Assembly (NCBI GenBank): GCA_002269645.1 | Contig: NIVC01002095.1 | Span: 56,614 to 120,613, forward strand | Direction of reading: 5' to 3' | DNA length: 64,000 bases | DNA from: Macrostomum lignano | Taxonomy: Eukaryota | In this document: positions 1 to 11,522 of the stretch, piece by piece | How positions within the stretch are numbered: position 1 is the stretch's first letter | How the letters are laid out: each line of letters begins with the position of its first letter | Program-made: the position numbers and the translations under genes | The notes under the pieces: model-generated | The model's database searches: none | What the model was told of the DNA's origin: nothing | The model's input: the letters and a program-made list of their open reading frames with translations, nothing else

Positions 1-2
1 AA

Positions 3-1406
3 AGAGTCCGGCTACGGATGGAGCAGTCCGGACTCGAGACTGCCGACTTTGAGGAGCAGCCGCCGGTGGAGCCGCAGATGGAGAGTCTGGAGGAGTTCGG
101 CCAGCAGCTCGACCGGCTGGTGCGGCTGGGCGAGGACGAGCACGGTCAGGTCACGTGCCTTCGGCGACAGCCCGGCGAGCCGTTGGTTCGATTTCGTCTG
201 TTGGAGAATTCCAACGTACCGACGCCATTGGATCAGATCCCGGCGTGAGTTTTGGCCACGCGTTGAACGACTTTAGGACGTTTATCCACAGAAACAGCTG
301 TCCTTAGCAACAGTTGCCCTTAGCAACAGTTGCCCTTAGCAACAGTTGCCCTTAGCAACAGTTGCCGTTAGCAACGGTTACCCCTAGCAATGGTTGTCCT
401 TAGAAACGTTGGGTTGCAGAAACGGTTGCCCTTAGCAACGGTTGCTGCCCCTAGCAACGGTTTCTGCCCTTATCAACGGTTGCTGCCCCTAGCGACGGTT
501 TCTGCTCTTAGCAACGATTGCCTAGCAACGGTTGCCCTTAGAAACGTTTGGCTATAGAAACGGTTGCCAAGCAAACCGAAATAGAGACGGCTCATTAAAC
601 GATTTAACCTTAGCAGCAGTGATCGTCGGATGGACACTTTCAAAAGTACTTACACTGTTCTAGCAACTTTATAACTTTTACCTTAGAAACGGTTTCATAG
701 CACCCACACACTGTAGCATCCATTTCCTAGACTACTTAGTCGTCAAATATCTGCGCTTTCCTAGCAACTAAATTTCCCATGGTAACACTTAAACCTACCG
801 AAACCTAATCACCCATAGCAACACTACACCCAAAACTTTTGTATTTCAAACCAACTGAAACATCGATGCCATGCAGGCCTCACCGTCAAGCCGAGGAGCT
901 TCGCCGCAACAAAATGGAGTCTTTGTTCACCTACTGCCTTCGAATCTATGCTGACGACAAACTGGTGGGGCCGACGGACTTTGTGTGAGCAATAAATCAA
1001 TATGCATTTCGCACTACTGTCAAAATTTAATTTCGCGTGTAAAAAATAAGGAAAAATGCACGTCACCTACTTTAAGTAAAAAGTTACATACACTCGACAC
1101 ATTGCTTTTTTTCAGCACGCTGAGCTCTAATTTTATGCTGCACTTCAACCGTGTGAGCCTAGTTGAGGTTGTTCAACCGCCCACAAAGATACGGCTGGAT
1201 CTTGTACAGTGCCAGCGAGGGCGGATAAGCACACAGACCAAGGTCATTGGTCACGTGACTCTGCCCAAACCGGACTCGCAGACCACCAGGGTGCAGGTGA
1301 GTCTCACGTCAGTAACTGACAAACAAACAAACAAACTAACTAACTAACTGACTAACTAACTAACTAACTAACTGGCTAACTAACTAACTGACTAACTAAC
1401 TAACTG

Positions 1407-1461
<55 letters not shown>

Positions 1462-1462
1462 G

Positions 1463-1501
<39 letters not shown>

Positions 1502-1502
1502 G

Positions 1503-1565
<63 letters not shown>

Positions 1566-1602
1566 GACTAACTAACTAACTAACTAACTAACTGACTAAC
1601 TG

Positions 1603-1645
<43 letters not shown>

Positions 1646-1734
1646 GACAAACTAACTAACTAACTGACTGACTGACTAACTGACTAACTAACCAACTAAC
1701 TGACTAACTAACTAACTAACTGACTGACTAACTG

Positions 1735-1765
<31 letters not shown>

Positions 1766-1766
1766 G

Positions 1767-1801
<35 letters not shown>

Positions 1802-1827
1802 GACTAACTAACTAACTGACTAACTAC

Positions 1828-1873
<46 letters not shown>

Positions 1874-1899
1874 GACTAACTAACTAACTGACTAACTAC

Positions 1900-1953
<54 letters not shown>

Positions 1954-4900
1954 GACTAACTAAATAACTAACTGACTGACTGACTGACTATCTAGCTAGC
2001 TGACTAACTATCCCGCAGGTGAACATGTCCGAGTTGCGGTTCACCTACAAATCCGATGACAGAGCTACCGCCGCCGGAGACGCCAATCCTGCCGAAGCCG
2101 CCGCAGTCTTCGAAGGCGTTGTCAGGGCCCGCTGCGGCTGGCGCTGCGACTCGGACGGAAACATCCTCGCGCCGGCGCTGAAGGTGTACGACCCCCAGCT
2201 GGAGATGTACATCGAAAACCCGGACGCCAGCCGGGACAAGCCGGTGCGACTCACCGAGCTGAAAGACCCGAACGATCCTTGGTATGTCCGGCTCAACTAC
2301 CACGGCTACCTCGGTGAGGACGCGGACGCCGCAGCCAAAGTCGACTTGGCCGGATATTGTCGATTCAATTTCTTTGAAGAGGAATTCGACTTCTGCGGCA
2401 GAGAAGATTTAGAGGCCGACTCCAGGTTTAAGGCCATCGTCATGCGGGACCGCGCGCAGCTGACCACCGAGGTCACCAAGGGGGCTCCGATGCCTCCCTA
2501 TGCTAGCATGATTAACCGGAAGTGGGTTGAGGTAAGCATAGGGCTTTAGTTTGAGTCGCTTGAGTACTTGGCACCACTCTTATAGTTGGGCGCCACTCTT
2601 CTTATAGTTGGGCGCCACTCTTCTTATAGTTGGGCGCCACTCTTCTTATAGTTGGGCGCCACTCTTCTTATAGTTGGGCGCCACTCTTCTTATAGTTGGG
2701 CGCCACTCTTCTTATAGTTGGGCGCCACTCTTCTTATAGTTGGGCGCCACTCTTCTTGCTGGTTGGGCGCCACTCTTCTTGCTAGTTGGGCGCCACTCTT
2801 CTTGCTAGTTGGGCGCCACTCTTCTTGCTAGTTGGGCGCCACTCTTCTTGCTAGTTGGGCGCCACTCTTCTTATAGTTGGGCGCCACTCTTCTTGTTAGT
2901 TGGGCGCCACTCTTCTTATAGTTGGGCGCCACTCTTCTTATAGTAGGGCGCCACTCTTCTTATAGTATGGCGCCACTCTTCTTGTAGTTGGGCGCCACTC
3001 TTCTTGTTAGTTGGGCGCCACTCTTCTTATAGTTGGGCGCCACTCTTCTTATAGTAGGGCGCCACTCTTCTTATAGTATGGCGCCACTCTTCTTGTAGTT
3101 GGGCGCCACTCTTCTTGTTAGTTGGGCGCCACTCTTCTTGTAGTTGGGCGCCACTCTTCTTGTTAGTTGGGCGCCACTCTTCTTATAGTTGGGCGCCACT
3201 CTTCTTGCTGGTTGGGCGCCACTCTTCTTGCTAGTTGGGCGCCACTCTTCTTATAGCTCGTAGTTGGGCGCCACTCTTCTTGCTGGTTGGGCGCCACTCT
3301 TCTTATAGTTGGGCGCCACTTTTCTTATAGTTGGGCGCCACTCTTCTTATAGTTGGGCGCCACTCTTCTTATAGTTGGGCGCCACTCTTCTTATAGTTGG
3401 GCGCCACTCTTCTTATAGTTGGGCGCCACTCTTCTTATAGTTGGGCGCCACTCTTCTTATAGTTGGGCGCCACTCTTCTTATAGTTGTGCGCCACTCTTC
3501 TTATAGTTATCTCCTTATAGTTGGTCGCAACTGTTTTTGTTGGGCGCCAAGTTTATAGCTGGGTTAGGCGTCAGTCTTTTTATAGTTGTGCGCCACTCTT
3601 CTTATAGTTGGGCGCCACTCTTCTTATAGTTGTGCGCCACTCTTCTTATAGTTATCTCCTTATAGTTGGTCGCAACTGTTTTTGTTGGGCGCCAAGTTTA
3701 TAGCTGGGTTAGGCGTCAGTCTTTTTATAGTTGGGCGCCACTATTTCTATAGTTGGGCGCCATTCTTCTTATAGTTGAGCGCCATTCTTCTTATAGTTGA
3801 GCGCCATTCTTCTTATAGTTGAGTGCCATTCTTCTTATAGTTGGGCGCCACTCTTCTTATAGTTGGGCGCCACTCTTCTTATAGTTGGGCGCCACTCTTC
3901 TTATAGTTGGGCGCCACTCTTCTTATAGTTGGGCGCCACTCTATGTACTTAAGGATAATTCTCCTCAAACTGAAATTCTCCCCTCTCAGGACCCGAAACG
4001 CGAGCCAGATTCGGTGGTGAAGGCCCGCGTGAGCAAGCTGGAGAAGATGCGCCTAAACTACGAGCGCAAGATGGCGCACGTTCGCGAGCAGGTGTTGGAC
4101 GCGTTCAACTTGGCTAAAAACTATCGCAGCTACGACGAAGTGATTAAGGAGGCGTCGGCTGTGTTCGTGAACATCTTCACCCTGATCCGATCGCTGTTTA
4201 GTCGCAAGCGGCCCCTCAAACCAATCCGAGAAGTGTCATCAAGTCCCACGCCATTCACCCCAGTTACTCAGCTCAATCTGTCAATCAATATTCAAAACGG
4301 AGCGGACTTTCCTCAGCCGAACGATAAATCGGTTCTGAAACCGTTTGTTGAGGCGACTTTCCAGGTGAGTGTCTTGCTGACGGCTGATTTTGTCTTTGTG
4401 GCATTTAGATTGAGAGGTTTTTAAAGCTGAATTTGGGGCAGTCAGACTAGCAGGTGAAACCGGTTAAAGGGTAAGAAAGGCTGATTACCAGTTAAAGCAG
4501 GCTGATTACCAGGTGAAACAGGCTGATTACCAGGTGAAACAGGCTGATTACCAGGTGGAACAGGCTGATTACCAGATGAAACAGGCTGATTACCAGGTGA
4601 AACAGGCTCATTACCAGATGAAACAGGCTGATTACCAGATGAAACAGGCTGATTACCAGGTGGAACGGGCTGATTACCAGGTTAAATTGCTGACTAACCG
4701 TTAGATCAGGCTGATACCAGGTAAAACAGGCTGATACCAGGTAAAACAGGCTGATACCAGGTAAAACAGATTGATCACCCGGTAAAACAGGCTGATACCA
4801 GGTAAAACAGGCTGATACCAGGTAAAACAGGCTGATACCAGGTAAAACAGGCTGCTACCAGGTAAAACAGATTGATCACCCGGTAAAACAGGCTGATTAC

Positions 4901-7900
4901 CTTGAAATACAGGCTAGCTAACAGGTGAAACAGGTGAAATGATTGCGATCAAGTAATACTTCTATGCAACATCTTAAACTACGTCAAAAAGTACACAACG
5001 CAACCCCCGCCGCAACCTGCCCCCAGGGCAACAGCCTTCGCACAGCGACAGCCAGAGGCACCAACCCTGACTGGAGTGCCAGCATCGAGTTGCCGTTCCG
5101 GCCGACAAGCGCCGGCCAGAAGCCGGAGACCATTTCGGACGAACTGGTGCTGACTGTATTCAACGACATGAGCTACACTCAAACAGCTGAGGGCGGTCAG
5201 CAGGATTTGAGCTCCGTGATCGTCAGAGAGAAGCACTTCCTAGCCAGCATCGCCATCCCATTCTCAGCCATCTACATCAACGAAAAGGTCAAAGGTCGGC
5301 TACAACTGCGGATGCCAGAATTTCTAATGGGCTACGGCGCCTCCGCTAGCGAAGCTGCTTCGGCCGATGGTCAGCAGTCGAAGAAGCGTCGACACTCGCC
5401 AGCGCTGAAGGTGTTCATTAGTCTGCAGCCGCACCTGGCGAGGCCGACTCTGTTGCAGCAGACGTTTGACACGGCTCACGATTCGGCCAGGTTGGAATTT
5501 GTGGCTAAATGTATTTTGGTATCAGAAATCAGGGGTGGTAGCCTAGTGGTCAGGGCGTCGGACTCACGACTTGAAGGTCGGGGGCTCGATTCCCGAATCC
5601 CACTGGAACAATTTGTGTCCTTGAGCAAGACACTTAACTCTGCATTGCTTCAGTTCACCCAGCTGTAAAATGGATGCCAGCATTAGCTGGGGTAATTGAG
5701 GGTGAGTGTGGCGACCCCCCCCCCCCAGTCCTTGGGACTGAACAGCCGTACGCAGCCTTCAGATGCGCCGTGCAATAGCTGCGGCTGAGCTGTCGGTTGT
5801 ACATCCGGCCATTAGGGCAGGTGTAATCAATTATTAATATATATTATATTATTATTTAAAAAATATATTCTTTCACACCACTTTTATTATATAACTTAAA
5901 AGAATACTGTCTCCACTGTGCTTGACAATAATTAATACTGCAGTCCTGACACAAACACTGCAGTCCTGACACAAACACTGCAGTCCTGACACTAGCACTG
6001 CAGTCCTGACACTACCACTGCAGTCCTGACACTAATACTGCAGTCCTGACACAAACACTACAGCTCTGACACTAATACTGCAGTCCTGACACAAACACTG
6101 CAGTCCTGACACAAACACTGCAGTCCTGACACTAGCACTGCAGTCCTGACACTACCACTGCAGTCCTGACACTAATACTGCAGTCCTGACACAAACACTA
6201 CAGCTCTGACACAAACACTGCAGTCCTGACACTAGCACTGCAGTCCTGACACTAATACTGCAGTCCTGACACAAACACTACAGCTCTGACACTAATACTG
6301 CAGTCCTGACACTAGCACTGCAGTCCTGACACTAACACTGCAGTCCTGACACAAACACTACAGCTCTGACACTAATACTGCAGTCCTGACACAAACACTA
6401 CAGCTCTGACACTAATACTGCAGTCCTGACACAAACACTACAGCTCTGACACAAGCACCACAGTCCTGACGCTAAAAGCAGTAGCTGTATAAAACGCTTT
6501 GAAACCAACGCAAGAAAAGCACTTACCCCCCTCCCACCGCAAACAGACAATGGGTCCACAACACGAAGCAGAGCATAGCCATACTCAACGAGCAGGTCAA
6601 GAAGACTCGCCTTGAACTGCAGTCCGACCCAAACAAGGCGGCCGACGAGTTTCTGTACAACCCTCGTGCATTCGTGGTCAGCATGGAAGTCAAGGAGGTC
6701 TTCGTGTCCTGCTACATGGTTAAGGGCGGCATGCCGCCGCCTCCGGAGCTGTTTCAAAGAGGCAGTCAGGGCGAGGTCACCGACCTGGAGCTGAAAAAGG
6801 TGCGGACTGGAAAACTGAAGCAGAGATTTGCTCGGCTTGGTGTTCTGTTTGTTTAACAAGATTTATTAGACCCAAGATGCATCAACAGGATCTGAGGGTG
6901 GTGACAGCACCCACTGAAGGATCTGAGAAGAGTGATATCTCGGAGTTAAGAATCTTTACCACCATCTTCTGAAAGTGTCTTGCAGTTTAGTCAATTCCAA
7001 ATTGTATTTATCGTACTCGTGTATCTTACTTAACTACTTAATATGCAAGTTTCAGTAGTATCGATCGCAGATATCTTTATCTATTTCTTTCTCATCAATT
7101 CAGGCCATTGTTGCTCGCTACGTCTCGTTAGTGCCGTTCGTTAGCGACGCGTCGGCATTTCCTGGTCTGGTGGATATCTGGAACACCTGCGAGGTTTGAA
7201 CAAACAAATTTGTGGTCAATAACGTTAGACAAAACGATGCTTAAATGATGGACATTGATTTGTGTGACTGCGTACGTATCCGGATGACTTGCATTAAAAG
7301 CGCCCGGAACCTATGCACCTTTTTTAGGAGTTCCTTGACTACCAAGCAGGCGACGAAGAGGAACACGCTGTCCTGCTGGCGAACTACCTAACCCACCTGA
7401 CCAGTGGCGGGGCCGACACTCAAATCTACCTGGCCCTTGGCAACGCGGTACCCGAAGGCGCCACCGCTTACGTTATTGAGATGACTGGCAACGAAAAGTT
7501 TGTTTGGAACGCATCGACCGGGTTCAGATATAAGGCGCAGAGCGACCGGTCAACTCTGGTCAGCATCGACTGTCTGATCAACTCCGACGGGGTGTACATC
7601 AACAGGAAGCCGTACGAGGAGGCTCGGGCGTTGAACAATCCGCTGGACGGTAAAACCCACTGGCTGCACATCCCGAAGCCTGAGAGCGCCACCTTTGACT
7701 GCATCCAGCAGCCGATCGACTACGGAACTGATGCAGTGCTGGCATCGGAGATTGGCAACATCGAATACGATATCGAGTTAGCCGTTCGCAAGGAGATCGA
7801 GTCCCTGCGTGCTAGGGTGCCAACTCTGTGGTACAATGGCGGCGCTAAGGACGTCCGAGAGCTGCTCAAAGCGTGAGTTGCTTTGCTGAGTTAGTTAGGG

Positions 7901-10231
7901 CTGGTGCATCCTTACAATACATTTCAAGTCGAAAAGTCTGCTTGAACTTTGCAAATAGCATATTTTTTAAATATTTAAATCATTTTTCATAGAGAAATTT
8001 CTTAGCCACCGTTAGGGTAATTTCTGATCGAATGTTGCAAGTTTAATGAAAATCGATTGAGTCGTTTCTTCTCTAATCAGTCACATAGATGCCTATATTA
8101 GACAACTCATTTTAGTATATAGGACTAGCAATCGGCGCCCCCCGTTGGGGAGCCAACAAATATTGGAGTACAAAGTTTTGAATAAACTAAATGTAGCTTC
8201 TGGCCTTAGACTTGTCATCTCATCAATTCCCCTAGAAAGTGCACGGTGAGTGTAATTGACGGACAATGAGAAATTCGGTAGTGTACATCTTTCCCCCTCA
8301 ATTTTAAACTCGGCACGAAGTCGTCTGTTTTTATCTATTTTCTAGTACACCAAATCTCTCAAAAAAATAATTATTTAACTTATAATATCTGCATTTCAGC
8401 TTGGAAACGTACCATTACGATCCGAACAACCAGGCTATTGCCACGGCCAAAGAAGCACACAATCGAATGTTTGGATCTAAAGTAGTAAGTGATATTCGGT
8501 GATTACTGCAGTGACACTATTGCAATACTTTGTAAGAAATTGCCTACTGAAGAGTAGTCAGAATTGAATATGGTGCGAATATTTTTTAAAAAGCTTAGAA
8601 TGACCAAAAAACTTCTACAAGTACAATTTTGAGAAAATTTGTTCTGCTTTAACCTGTTAACTTTCCACAACTCACTTTAACGTCCTAGCAGGGGCCGTCG
8701 CCACCGGAGGGGACAGGGCCGGAACATGTCCCTCCCCCAGTAAAAGCTATGGGGGCATGCCAATGCTGTCCCCCCACCTTGTGACCCGTTATGGAAATCT
8801 ATAATTTTGCTTCAGGGCTTCAAAACAAGGCGCCTGTGGTGCCAAAATGAGTGCCTGCGGCGCCAAAATGAGTGCCTGCGGCGCCAAAATGAGTGCCTGC
8901 GGTGCCAAAATGAGTGCCTGCGGCGCCAAAATGAGTGCCTGCGGCGCTAAAATAAGTGCCTGCGGCGCCAAAATGAGTGCCTGCGGTGCTAAAATAAGTG
9001 ACTACGGCGCTAAAATAAGTGCCTGCGGCGCCAAAATGAGTGCCTGCGGCGCCAAAATGAGTGCCTGCGGTGCCAAAATAAGTGCCTGCGGCGCCAAAAT
9101 GAGTGCCTGCGGTGCCAAAATGAGTGCCTGCGGCGCTAAAATAAGTGCCTGCGGCGCCAAAATGAGTGTCTGCGGCGCTAAAATAAGTGACTACGGCGCT
9201 AAAATAAGTGCCTGCGGCGCCAAAATGAGTGCCTGCGGCGCCAAAATGAGTGCCTGCGGTGCCAAAATGAGTGCCTGCGGCGCCAAAATGAGTGCCTGCG
9301 GTGCCAAAATGAGTGCCTGCGGCGCTAAAATAAGTGACTACGGTGCCAAAATGAGTGCCTGCGGCGCTAAAATAAGTGACTACGGCGCTAAAATGAGTGC
9401 CTGCGGCGCCAAAATGAGTGCCTGCGGCGCTAAAATAAGTGACTACGGCGCTAAAATGAGTGACTGCGGCGCTAAAATAAGCGCTGACAACACCCATAAT
9501 GTACATGTAGAAATTTAGTCATGTACATTTACATGCAGAGTTCTTGGCTTTGTCACCCCCCACCATAGAATCAATGGCGACGCCCTCGCACGGTCCTGCA
9601 ATCAAGGCAGTAAATTTCTTATTTTGGATTACCTTAATCTTTGAACTGTCAATAACAGTTCACTGGCGAAGATTAAGGTTAGGGTTGGCAGTAAGTTTGT
9701 GAGCTGCCAATTAAGTGACATTTGACTGTCAGTGACATTTGACTGTCAGTGACATTTGACTGTCAGTGACATTTGACTGTCAGTGACATTTGACTGTCAG
9801 TGACATTTGACTGTCAGTGACATTTGACTGTCAGTGACATTTGACTGTCAGTGACATTTGACTGACTACTATTAGTAAAGTGTCACTAAAAAGATAATTT
9901 CAATTTACTTTAAACAGTCATAGTCAGTTTTTACTATAAACAAAACATCAAGAAAGTTTATACTTATTGTCAGTTGTATTAGCATATTTTATTAATTTAA
10001 ATCTGACCTCCCCTCCGCTTGCAGATTGTCGGATATCCTCTCCAGATGAGCTACAAGTCTACTAAAGAAATTCTTAATGACGTTAGGAACACGAAACTTC
10101 ACGAGATTGGCATGTACGTGGACTCCAAGAACACGGTGCCAAAGGTGCAGTTCTCCTGCGTGGTCTACGTGCACCAGTACCCTAAGAATGTACTGTCGAT
10201 CTGGATCAACCTGATGGCTCTGAAGAAATAA
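3..10231 (+). CDS. CC2D2A: Coiled-coil and C2 domain-containing protein 2A (ciliary transition zone, MKS6); 3' part only, 5' end outside window
   Basis: Phase-consistent GT-AG exons 3-244, 877-984, 1116-1296, 2019-2531, 3990-4364, 5027-5490, 6547-6799, 7104-7193, 7328-7872, 8400-8484, 10025-10231. Recognisable motifs: C2 domain KPFVEATFQ|GNSLRTATARGTNPDWSASIELPF; VARYVSLVPF..DIWNTCE|EFLDYQAGDEEEHAVLLANY; GNAVPEGATAYV; terminal IVGYPLQMSY..VYVHQYPKNVLSIWI. Confidence 0.95.
298..572 (+). repeat. 16-bp minisatellite (CAGTTGCCCTTAGCAA), ~17 degenerating copies, CC2D2A intron; unit matches RFX X-box
   Basis: Exact GTTGCCCTTAGCAAC at 313, 329, 345 and 425; variant GTTGCCGTTAGCAAC at 361. Confidence 0.9.
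1318..2010 (+). repeat. (CTAA/CTGA)n microsatellite filling a CC2D2A intron
   Basis: Direct reading; runs up to the acceptor tcccgcag at 2018. Confidence 0.97.
2571..3943 (+). repeat. 22-bp minisatellite (GGGCGCCACTCTTCTTATAGTT), intronic
   Basis: About 60 tandem copies between exons ending 2531 and starting 3990. Confidence 0.97.
4478..4940 (+). repeat. 21/20-bp minisatellite (AAACAGGCTGATTACCAGGTG), intronic
   Basis: Tandem copies; source of the spurious KQADYQV ORF. Confidence 0.95.
5532..5830 (+). mobile_element. tRNA-derived SINE with CORE-like central domain, intronic
   Basis: A-box-like TGGTAGCCTAGTGG, B-box-like GGGCTCGATTCCC, then TTGTGTCCTTGAGCAAGACACTTAACTC...CAGCTGTAAAATGG resembling the CORE domain (MIR: GACCTTGGGCAAGTTACTTAAC...CTGTAAAATGG); AT-rich tail; no clear TSD. 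Confidence 0.75.
5934..6470 (+). repeat. 20-bp minisatellite (CTGCAGTCCTGACACTAGCA and variants), intronic
   Basis: Direct reading. Confidence 0.95.
8689..9588. mobile_element. Putative non-autonomous DNA transposon (MITE-like) carrying an internal 21-bp array
   Basis: Imperfect terminal inverted repeats CAGGGGCCGTCGCCA (8689) and TGGCGACGCCCTCG (about 9575-9588), both with subterminal GGGG(T)GACA; TSD not resolved. Confidence 0.45.
8830..9485 (+). repeat. 21-bp minisatellite (GGCGCCAAAATGAGTGCCTGC)
   Basis: About 31 copies; gives the spurious MSACGAK ORF. Confidence 0.97.
9715..9865 (+). repeat. 17-bp minisatellite (GTGACATTTGACTGTCA)
   Basis: About 9 near-perfect copies. Confidence 0.95.
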
Positions 10232-10519
10232 TTTGTACGAGTTGTTTAAGTGACGCGTTTTGTCTATCGGACATTTTATTAAGAAGTAATGACTAATGAA
10301 GCCGTCCGTTGTTACAGCTGGTCTGTCTTCCACAGCTAAACAGATAGAGTATTTGCCCTAACAAAATCATCTTTTTTTTTACATTTTTTGCAAACTTGCT
10401 TCCGCTAGAGAAATATTCACTTCAAAAAATATCGAATAAAAAAGCAATGTAATTTGTTTATTAGTTCACTGCCGGAACTACTTTAAGATTCAGTGATTTT
10501 CGTGCATCTCCAAGCCTGC

Positions 10520-10800
10520 TACAACCACCTCACTCCAACACCCACCCCACTCTGACACCCACCCCACTCCGACACCCACCCCACTCTGACACCCACCCCA
10601 CTCTAACACCCACCCCACTCCGACACCCACCCACTCCGACACCCCACCCACTCCGACACCCCACCCACTCCGAAACCCCACCCACTCCGAAACCCCACCC
10701 ACTCCGACACCCACCCACTCCGACACCCCACCCACTCCGACACCCCACCCACTCCGACACCCCACCCACTCCGACATCCATGCCACTCCGACACCCACCC
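10520..10800 (+). repeat. 16-17-bp minisatellite (CCACCCACTCCGACAC), intergenic
   Basis: Direct reading. Confidence 0.9.
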
Positions 10801-11260
10801 ATGTCGACTCCTACATGATATCCAGCCCAACGAGTTGGCTTTATATCGCTAGGCTCATAAACATAGCTGCTAGTGTCTTATGTTTTTAATACTTAAGCCC
10901 CAGTTTATACAAACAGTACCGTTATTAGAATCTGTTGAAAAAATAAGTGGAAAGTCTTTATTTTGTGGTTTTAATGTGCTTCCAGAAATTTTACAAATTA
11001 TCTTTCTTGCATCAATTGTAACCAATTATGGATACTTAATATCATTATACTCGTACAAGCTTAGCGTCCGTTTATTTTATTTAATAGCTGTAATTATCCC
11101 AAAATGCGTGACTTACGAGTTGTTTTACTTATTCTTCTGCATAATATTGTCAGTCACAGCCTTCCGGACATAATTAACAGACATCATAATCTATGAGATA
11201 TTAACAAGTACCCAGGCAATCCAGCATATTTTTCCCCCTCTTCAGCCATCTTCAGCAAAC

Positions 11261-11503
11261 ACTCACCTCAATGCAACTCGCTCTTCTTCACTTCTCCAGC
11301 CAATCAGAGGCCAGCAAACACCCACCTCAATGCAACTCGCTCTTCTTCACTTCTCCAGCCAATCAGAGGCCAGCAAACACCCACCTCAATGCAACTCGCT
11401 CTTCTTCACCTCTCCAGCCAATCAGAGGCCAGCAAACACCCACCTCAATGCAACTCGCTCTTCTTCACCTCTCCAGCCAATCAGAGGCCAGCAAACACCC
11501 ACC
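11261..11503 (+). repeat. 59-bp tandem repeat (4 copies), each with AGCCAATCAG
   Basis: Period fixed by ATGs at 11271 and 11330; last copy ends in ccaccag just before the ankyrin coding exon. Confidence 0.9.
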
Positions 11504-11522
11504 AGAAGCCGTAGAAGAAGCG

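Noticed and set aside
5532-5602. Functional tRNA gene
   Set aside because: Degenerate T-arm and acceptor stem, and it runs directly into a CORE-like block; treated as a SINE head.
8789-9518. Long repetitive ORFs (MSACGAK, LAPGA, NPNP, GWSQE, VCLS, DTAAVSIS, LGQPP and similar) as real proteins
   Set aside because: They are translations of satellites lying in introns or between genes; they are open only because the units lack stops in some frames.
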